Source of the DNA: Deltaproteobacteria bacterium
Lineage (GTDB): Bacteria; Desulfobacterota; JADFVX01
Length of the DNA stretch: 64,000 bases
Reading direction: 5' to 3'
NCBI GenBank assembly: GCA_029860075.1
Contig: JAOUBX010000001.1
Span: 89,965-153,964, forward strand
Shown here: positions 58,301-64,000 of the stretch, one piece after another
Numbering within the stretch: position 1 is the first letter of the stretch
How the letters are laid out: the number at the start of each line of letters is the position of its first letter
The notes under the pieces: model-generated
What the model was told of the DNA's origin: nothing
What the model saw: the letters and a program-made list of their open reading frames with translations, nothing else
The model's database searches: none
Program-made: the position numbers and the translations under genes

Positions 58301-60525
58301 CGCCCACATCGGGTTTTACCGGCACGGACAGCTTTACCTATACACTGACCGATGATGATGGTGAATCCGGTACGGCCACGGTGACCGTTACCGTGACATC
58401 CGTCAATAGCGGGGCGCCGGTGGCTGTCGATGATCCGGCGGCGGGGACAACGCTTGAGGGTACACCGCTGACTACCATTGACGTGCTCTTAAATGATACG
58501 CTCGTGGACAACGCCGTCATAAGCGCCTTTGACGCTATTAGTGTGAATGGCGGAGCGGTGGTTAATAATGGAGACGGCACATTTACCTATATGCCGGTAT
58601 CGGGTTTTACCGGTACGGACAGCTTCACTTATACGCTCACCGACGACGATGGTGAATCCGCCACAGCCACGGTAACCGTCACAGTGACTCTGCCCGTCCT
58701 TTGTGATGGCGGCAGCAATGGATCGATGGGGGACAGCAGGGATCCGGAAACTTATGCGGCGAACCGCAGAGGAGAAAAAGTTTATTTCAGTCCTTACACA
58801 CCTGATGTGAGTGGAAGGGTATCCTATATTCACTTCGAAGAATTTTCCGCCGGAAGTCCCATAAGGGCGGGAATTTATGACCACCTGGGGAATTTACTGG
58901 CTTCTTCTGCGGAGCTAATGGGAAACAATTCCAAACCCGGTATGGAGGTTCATGCAGCGCTTGATCAAACTGTCTGTTTAGCCTCGGGGCAAACTTATTA
59001 TCTGGCCCTTTGGGTGGGCAAGGACGCATGGGCAGGCACTGCTTATGGCGGACCGGGCGGAGGAACATTTTATAACAGTGATGTCTTGTCTTTCCCTTCA
59101 TCCCTCCTATTGCCGGGAAATCAGCAGAGCGGCTATACTTCGATCAGGATTACAGTGAATAATAAACCGAACGCCTTTGATCCGGGTATTCCCGTTGCGG
59201 TAAATGATGCATTCACCATTAGTGAAAATACGACACTTAGTGGCAGCGTTATAACTAATGACAGTCCGGGCGATGTTCCCATTACAGTGAGCGAGCTTGT
59301 CGGTGTAAATAACGGTCTGCTGACTTTGAATGGCGACGGCGCTTTTTCCTATACGCCGAATGCCGGTTTTAACGGCACAGACAGTTTTATCTACCGGCTG
59401 ACCGATGCCGATAATGAAAGCTCCGACGCCACAGTGACTATTACGGTAACAGCCGTCAATAGCGGAACGCCGGTAGCCGTCGATGATCCGGCGGCAGGGA
59501 CGACAACGGAGGACACGCCGGTGACTACCATTAATGTGCTTTTAAATGACACGCTCATAGACAATGCAGTAATCAGCGCCTTTGAAGACGTTAGCGCAAG
59601 TGGCGGAACGGTGGTTAATAATGGCGACGGCACATTCACCTACACACCGGCATCAGGTTTCAATGGTACGGACAGTTTTATCTACGTGCTGACCGACGAT
59701 GATGGAGAATCCAGTATGGCCGCAGTAGCTGTTACAGTGATATCGGTCAATAGCGGGGCACCGGTGGCGGTCGATGATCCGGCGGCAGGGACAACGCCGG
59801 AAGGCACGCCGCTGACTACCATCAATGTGTTCTTAAATGATACGCTTGTGGACAATGCCGTCATAAGCGCCTTTGACGCTATTAGTGTGAATGGCGGGAC
59901 GGTAGTTAATAATGGTGACGGCACATTTACTTACACACCGGCATCGGGTTTTAGCGGCACGGACAGCTTTACCTATACACTGACCGACGATGATGGTGAA
60001 TCCGGTACGGCAACAGTAACCGTTACGGTGACTTTACCCGTCTCCTGTGTTGGCGGCAGTAACGGATCCATGGGGGACAGTACGGATCCGGGAACTTATG
60101 CGGCTAATTCTACAGGAGAGAAAGTGTATTTCAGTCAATTTATACCTGTCAATGGTGGAAGGGTTACCTATATTCATTTTGAAGAATTCTCTGCCGGTGG
60201 TCCGGTGCGGGCGGGGATCTATGATCACCTTGGGAATTTGCTGGCTTCCTCTGCCGAACTTGCGGGAAATAACTCAAACCCCGGCATGGAGATGCATGCG
60301 GCACTTGACCAGGATGTTTGTTTAGTCTCAGGGGAAACCTATTATCTGGCCCTCTGGGTGGGCAATGACGCATGGGCCGGCGCCGCTTATGGCGGACCGG
60401 GCGGGGGAACCTATTATAACAGCGATGTGCCGGCTTTCCCCTCTTCTTTAGCATTACCGGGAAATAAACAGAGTGGTTCTACCTCGGTGAGGATGACCGT
60501 AAACAACAGCGCCGACGCTTTTTAA
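55363..60525 (+). CDS. Giant secreted repeat protein (~1720 aa): N-terminal SdiA-regulated/phytase-like beta-propeller, a DNRLRE/CBM96-like domain, then three copies of a ~165-aa Cys-containing domain interleaved with cadherin/VCBS-like ~97-aa tandem repeats.
   Basis: Signal peptide MKLSGSFFSIRNISMPLGMLLAFYLFSLA with a ggagga RBS. DNRLRE-like segment LAYTPAADTFVDKANPGTNFGS...AYLQFDV. Repeats of VNSG.PVAVDDPAA.T...T.I.VLLNDTL.DNAVISAF...NGDGTFTYTP..GF.GTDSFTY.LTDDDGES. No PEP-CTERM tail. Confidence 0.85.
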   Translation: MKLSGSFFSIRNISMPLGMLLAFYLFSLAKPVELNAAPAPASLIQTIDTSRLTPPSPDPAGLCYLNFSDTFLISDSEVNEMPIFTGDNLFEISPSGILTSTMTTLPFSFEPTGVTLNTNNNHLFFTDDNEGFIIEVNPGPDGSYFTGDDSVTYSDTFLFNCTDPEGITFDSLQGDLYVACGLDALVSRVSPGVNGFFDGAPPVGDDEVTNFDTASLGVIDLEGITYDSDNGLLYIVGEPGDLLAHITTDGKLVRMIDISVINAIDPAGLAYAPSSIDPSVMSIYLSDRGIDNNDDPSENDGKFHELSIPLISEGNLMPYVFAGPDQAIIFPDDALLDAIASDDGLPYPPQLIITWSVMSGPGTVTFSDAGALKTTVGFSEPGAYVLRLTAADGEFESTDELNIFVSHLAYTPAADTFVDKANPGTNFGSAPDLEISALGDGSPQETAYLQFDVVGLAGPVQSAKVRLEVSNAGVFGGSIHSVPDNSWGEYTLDFNSKPPHESQSLDALGKVNAGDTVLFDVTEAISGEGTYSFAISGVNPACTGGSDGSMGESGDLGTYASNLTGEKVYFSPFIPANSGMVSYIHFEEFSADGPLRAGVYDQLGNLLASSVELRGNNSNPGMEMHAALDQAICLTSGQTYYLALWVGKDGWAGTAYGGPGGGTYYVSDVPSFPASLSLPGNTQSGSTSMRITVNNSPDSFAGGTAAVAAYRSREYLNNPPMLIINPVPIGIPSAVNDAFSMDENTTLSGSVITNDSPGDVPITVSELVGVNNGLLTLNDDGIFSYTPNADFNGTDSFIYRLTDADNESSDGTVTITVTAVNSGVPVAVDDPAAAVTPEDTPVTTINVLLNDTLADNAVISAFDAISVNGGVVVYNGDGTFTYTPALGFNGTDSFTYLLIDDDGESGTAAVAVTVTAVNSGVPVAVDDPAAATTADGIAVTTIDVLLNDTLVDNAVISAFDAISVNGGAVVNNGDGTFTYTPTSGFTGTDSFTYTLTDDDGESGTATVTVTVTSVNSGAPVAVDDPAAGTTLEGTPLTTIDVLLNDTLVDNAVISAFDAISVNGGAVVNNGDGTFTYMPVSGFTGTDSFTYTLTDDDGESATATVTVTVTLPVLCDGGSNGSMGDSRDPETYAANRRGEKVYFSPYTPDVSGRVSYIHFEEFSAGSPIRAGIYDHLGNLLASSAELMGNNSKPGMEVHAALDQTVCLASGQTYYLALWVGKDAWAGTAYGGPGGGTFYNSDVLSFPSSLLLPGNQQSGYTSIRITVNNKPNAFDPGIPVAVNDAFTISENTTLSGSVITNDSPGDVPITVSELVGVNNGLLTLNGDGAFSYTPNAGFNGTDSFIYRLTDADNESSDATVTITVTAVNSGTPVAVDDPAAGTTTEDTPVTTINVLLNDTLIDNAVISAFEDVSASGGTVVNNGDGTFTYTPASGFNGTDSFIYVLTDDDGESSMAAVAVTVISVNSGAPVAVDDPAAGTTPEGTPLTTINVFLNDTLVDNAVISAFDAISVNGGTVVNNGDGTFTYTPASGFSGTDSFTYTLTDDDGESGTATVTVTVTLPVSCVGGSNGSMGDSTDPGTYAANSTGEKVYFSQFIPVNGGRVTYIHFEEFSAGGPVRAGIYDHLGNLLASSAELAGNNSNPGMEMHAALDQDVCLVSGETYYLALWVGNDAWAGAAYGGPGGGTYYNSDVPAFPSSLALPGNKQSGSTSVRMTVNNSADAF
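56980..60522 (+). repeat. Intragenic segmental triplication plus tandem ~290-bp repeats inside the giant secreted-protein gene.
   Basis: Near-identical nucleotide blocks: the ~500-bp domain at about 56980-57480, 58700-59190 and 60045-60520; ~290-bp units at about 57540-58700 (four units) and 59190-60040 (three units). Confidence 0.8.
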
Positions 60526-60744
60526 TTAATCGTTGAAGTCCCCGTCCTTTGGGCGGGGATTTTTACCTAAGACAAGATTGGAATTCAGGTCATCTTATTG
60601 TCCTTTCTGTTGAATCTCCGGCAAGTCTATTTCCTCTTACTCTCAGATTAAAACCTCATAAAGCCTGGCTGCTTGTCAAATAGTGAACTTTATCATAAAA
60701 TTAACTGATAGCAGGATAAATTCTCCCGCAGGGAGCTTTGGGGT

Positions 60745-62136
60745 ATGAAAAAGATGGAATTTGAAAAAGATATTCTTTGTATCGGTGCCGGTTACGTGGG
60801 TGGCCCCACAATGGCTATGATAGCGGCCAAATGTCCGCAATATAAGGTGACAGTCGTAGATATTAATGCAGAAAGAATCGCCGCCTGGCAAAGTGATGAT
60901 TTGCCCATTTATGAGCCGGGATTGCTTGATGTCGTGAAAGAAGCGAGGGGCAGGAACCTGTTTTTCTCAACAGATATCGACTCGAATATAAAGCGTGCAG
61001 ATATAATTTTTGTTTCAGTGAACACGCCCACTAAAACTTTTGGTGAAGGGGCGGGAAAGGCGGCAGATCTTCAATATTGGGAAAAGACGGCAAGAGACAT
61101 ATTGCGGCTTTCTGACTCGGATAAAATTATCATTGAAAAAAGCACGCTTCCTGTCAGAACGGCAGAGGCCATGGAACGCATACTTAACTCAAATGGCAAA
61201 GGCATTCATTTTGAGGTTTTATCAAACCCCGAGTTTCTCGCTGAAGGGACGGCTGTTGCCGATCTTGAATGTCCCGACCGGGTTCTTATCGGTTCCCGTG
61301 AAAAGGAGAGTGGCAGAAAAGCAAGGCAGGAAATCGTTGATATTTATGCTAACTGGGTTTCACGGGATAAAATAGTTACAAGTAATGTGTGGAGTTCTGA
61401 ATTATCCAAACTTGTTGCAAATGCATTTCTTGCCCAGCGGATTTCTTCGATCAACAGCATTTCGGCTTTATGTGAAAAAACAGATGCTCATGTGAGTGAA
61501 GTTGCTTATGCCGTCGGCATGGATAGCCGTATCGGCAGCAAGTTTCTTAAGGCAAGTGTCGGATTTGGCGGCTCATGTTTTAAAAAAGATATTCTCAACC
61601 TCGTATACATTTGTGAAACCTATGGCCTTCATGACGTTGCGCAGTACTGGGAAAATGTGATCAAGATAAATGAATACCAGGAGAGGCGCTTTGTTCAGAA
61701 TATGCGTTGCGCTCTTTTTAACAGTATTGCCAATAAGCGGATTGCCATTTTTGGGTTTGCCTTTAAGGCGGATACGGGCGATACGAGGGAATCTCCCGCT
61801 TTGTATGTTGTCCGCCAACTGCTTGAAGAACGGGCAAAGGTTGTTGTCACCGACCCTCAGGCGCTGGAAAATGCAAGGCTGGACCTTGATGAATTCGGTG
61901 ACGCTATCCAGTTTACTGATGATCCCTATGAAGCGGCTAAAGGCGCACATGCCGTGGCCATTGTTACCGAATGGGAAGAATATAAGAGACTGGATTATGA
62001 AAGGATCTATAATGATCTGGAAAAACCGGCTTTTATTTTTGACGGAAGGAATATTCTTGATCACCGGAGAATGCATGATCTGGGTTTTAACGTTTACGCC
62101 ATCGGTAAACCGCCACTCACGCATTTCAAGGAATAA
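60745..62136 (+). CDS. ugd: UDP-glucose 6-dehydrogenase (long, eukaryote-like form).
   Basis: N-terminal Rossmann ILCIGAGYVGGPT, catalytic GFGGSCFKKD with the active-site Cys, length 463 aa. Confidence 0.9.
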   Translation: MKKMEFEKDILCIGAGYVGGPTMAMIAAKCPQYKVTVVDINAERIAAWQSDDLPIYEPGLLDVVKEARGRNLFFSTDIDSNIKRADIIFVSVNTPTKTFGEGAGKAADLQYWEKTARDILRLSDSDKIIIEKSTLPVRTAEAMERILNSNGKGIHFEVLSNPEFLAEGTAVADLECPDRVLIGSREKESGRKARQEIVDIYANWVSRDKIVTSNVWSSELSKLVANAFLAQRISSINSISALCEKTDAHVSEVAYAVGMDSRIGSKFLKASVGFGGSCFKKDILNLVYICETYGLHDVAQYWENVIKINEYQERRFVQNMRCALFNSIANKRIAIFGFAFKADTGDTRESPALYVVRQLLEERAKVVVTDPQALENARLDLDEFGDAIQFTDDPYEAAKGAHAVAIVTEWEEYKRLDYERIYNDLEKPAFIFDGRNILDHRRMHDLGFNVYAIGKPPLTHFKE

Positions 62137-62247
62137 ATAAGACCTGATCATTGCCTGGATGATGCAAGTGAATGTTGAAATAAAAGAACCTGTTAATACC
62201 TTTTTGCCGGTTTTTAAAAGGATAATTTTTAGAAAGGCGCAAGGTAA

Positions 62248-62913
62248 ATGAGTAATAAGGTATTTTACAATTTACGTTTCTTTACAGTCCTTTTTCTGCT
62301 CATTTCTGCTTTCATCTTCCGGCTTTACTGGTCGCCCGGCACAGGTGTTCCTTTAAAAAAGAACTTTGTCGATTTTCCTCTTGAAATTTCAGGATGGAAA
62401 GGCCGTTCAGCGACACTCGATAAAGAGGTTCTCCATGTTTTAGGCTTAACGGATTACATGATGAGAGATTATGTTCCTCTTAATTCTTTATCTCGGCTTA
62501 GGGCCACATTGCCCATAAATTTATATGTAGGTTATTATGCGTCCCAGGCAAAGGGGAAAACCTATCATTCCCCAAAGAACTGCCTGCCCGGGAGTGGTTG
62601 GGAGTTGACGGGAATTGATACTGTGCCTGTTGATTTTAACGGGACCACCTATAAAATCAACAAGGTATTAATTCAAAAAGGGCTTGAAAAGCAGCTCGTT
62701 CTTTACTGGTTTCAGGACCGGGGGAGAGTCATTGCAAGCGAATACTGGGCAAAAATTTACCTGGTTTTCGATTCTGTAATGAAAAAAAGAACGGACGGCA
62801 CCTTTATAAGGATAATGGCGCCTGTAAAAAGTTCACTTGATGATACACTTAAAGAAGAAATTCTTTTTGCCAAATCAATGTTTCCCTTTCTGAAAGAACA
62901 TTTGCCGGACTGA
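62248..62913 (+). CDS. epsI: EpsI-family protein (exosortase-associated periplasmic partner, transmembrane-anchored).
   Basis: N-terminal TM, then FPLEISGWKGRSATLDKEVLHVLGLTDYMMRDY, typical of the EpsI family that is either fused to or encoded next to exosortases. Confidence 0.75.
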   Translation: MSNKVFYNLRFFTVLFLLISAFIFRLYWSPGTGVPLKKNFVDFPLEISGWKGRSATLDKEVLHVLGLTDYMMRDYVPLNSLSRLRATLPINLYVGYYASQAKGKTYHSPKNCLPGSGWELTGIDTVPVDFNGTTYKINKVLIQKGLEKQLVLYWFQDRGRVIASEYWAKIYLVFDSVMKKRTDGTFIRIMAPVKSSLDDTLKEEILFAKSMFPFLKEHLPD

Positions 62914-62928
62914 TTTTTTTCCTGCTTC

Positions 62929-63747
62929 TTACCAGAACGCCCATAAGCCCGTTTTAATAACGTAAATACCCAGCAGGAGATTTGTCATGCCATGGGCCAT
63001 AATGCAAAGGTAAAGGTTTTTGGTCCGGTAGAGAAGCATATTGTAAAGGACGCCTGCAACAATGCCGGCGAGCCATAGGTTATGCTCTAATCCGAAGAGG
63101 ACGGAAGCGATGATAAAGGAAGGCCATGTAAAGGCGCCGATCCTGATGGATGTGAAGTCGGGATTAATAATGTATCTTAAAATAAAGGACCGCCAGAACA
63201 GTTCTTCAAATAAGGGTACAATCAGTGATGCGCCGGTTAACCTGATAATGATAAAAATATAATAGAAAACATCAGGAAGAAGGTTTGGATCAAAGGATTT
63301 ATTTTCTCCCTGTTTTGCAAAGTCCTGATCAAGGTTTATCCATAAAATGAAAACCATCGCTCCAATAAATAGGGATAATATAAGGCCCTGACGATTAATA
63401 CCTTCCCATTTAAGCTCATCATATGCGTTCCGGAAATAAATGAGAGCAATGATGACAAGGAGAATCCTGACGGTATAAAAGAAAGGCGTCAAATAGAGGG
63501 CGGCAGTATTATTTGCCAAAATAAATTCAAAGGCTGATTCGAGGGGAATAAAAAGTATGTAAAGGGCAAAAGGAAAAACCCTGGGAATCCACGGTTTGGA
63601 TAAAACGCTTATGGTCAAAGGAATCTCCCGGAGAATTATTGGGTGCAGATACGTATGTCTTCGCAGCGGCTTCTGCACCATGAACCAGTACCGGTAATGA
63701 TTAAATGCCGGAACGAATATGAAAAGATATACCTGTCTTTCAGGCAT
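62929..63747 (-). CDS. CPBP-family intramembrane metalloprotease (CAAX protease/Abi-like; PEP-CTERM-locus CAAX-protease-related type).
   Basis: Conserved EELFWRSFILRY (EExxxR) and FGLEHN (FxxxH) motifs. Six to seven TM helices. Confidence 0.8.
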   Translation of the reverse strand: MPERQVYLFIFVPAFNHYRYWFMVQKPLRRHTYLHPIILREIPLTISVLSKPWIPRVFPFALYILFIPLESAFEFILANNTAALYLTPFFYTVRILLVIIALIYFRNAYDELKWEGINRQGLILSLFIGAMVFILWINLDQDFAKQGENKSFDPNLLPDVFYYIFIIIRLTGASLIVPLFEELFWRSFILRYIINPDFTSIRIGAFTWPSFIIASVLFGLEHNLWLAGIVAGVLYNMLLYRTKNLYLCIMAHGMTNLLLGIYVIKTGLWAFW

Positions 63748-64000
63748 TTGTAAACAGGTTTTTAAGGTTTTTCAGGTATGTGATGTGACAGAACCAAAGG
63801 ACTTGTCTTATCTTTTTTCAGTCATATGGCGGATGAATGTGCCTGATAAAGCTTTTTTTTGATCCTTGTTCTTTTGATTTTACGTTTTTATTGATTTTAT
63901 TCACCAGGTTTGTTGAGTTTTTCTGTGGAATCGCTAAGCCTCTTCATTTCACCTGATCAGTGGTAAGAGGAACCCGCTTGCCGGTAAAAAAGTGCAGAAG

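Noticed and set aside
1-64000. CRISPR arrays, tRNA/rRNA genes, transposases
   Set aside because: No short direct repeats with unique spacers, no tRNA-like GTTCRANYC T-loop contexts, and no transposase-like ORFs were seen. The only mobile-element signature is the integron.

Overview
The window reads like a Deltaproteobacteria-type chromosome (phylum is my inference) and contains three distinct blocks.

**Block 1 (1-4909).** The 3' end of a giant NHL-repeat / TPR / transglutaminase-like protein.

**Block 2 (about 5049-12650).** A chromosomal integron.
- The intI gene is degenerate: it has a homopolymer frameshift and an in-frame TAG.
- It is transcribed divergently from an array of about 10 small, same-strand, AT-rich cassette ORFs.
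- The cassettes are separated by imperfect-hairpin attC-like sites. One is a textbook CTAAC...GTTAG site whose inverse core overlaps the stop codon.
- A roughly 110-bp VCR-like repeat is present twice.
- One cassette is an overlapping three-gene module: a small 2-TM SLATT-like protein, a TIR-like (DUF1863-type) protein and a REC-domain protein. This is the best candidate in the window for an undescribed integron-borne defence or abortive-infection system.

**Block 3 (12660-63747).** Housekeeping and exopolysaccharide genes.
- A 1393-aa secreted protein with an internal metallo-beta-lactamase fold abuts the array on the minus strand.
- A DnaJ-like (CbpA) chaperone, a MerR/HspR-like regulator and ComEC follow.
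- From about 21.6 kb onward is a large XrtA/EpsH (exosortase, PEP-CTERM-type) exopolysaccharide locus. It contains:
  - regulators: an EpsA-like LuxR regulator and a PilZ protein;
  - export and assembly: Wza-like exporter, outer-membrane protein, Wzz-like protein, a MinD-like ATPase, a BY-kinase-like ATPase with a degenerate J-like N-terminus, the priming sugar transferase, an O-antigen-ligase-like polymerase and a flippase;
  - modification and synthesis enzymes: AsnB-type amidotransferase, ACP plus AMP-ligase, PP-loop sugar amidotransferase, two CE4 deacetylases, FemAB-like protein, glycosyltransferases and UDP-glucose dehydrogenase;
  - sorting machinery: exosortase (DDNYSHG motif), EpsI and a CPBP protease;
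  - a roughly 1720-aa secreted protein with a large internal segmental triplication.

I saw no rRNA, tRNA or CRISPR.
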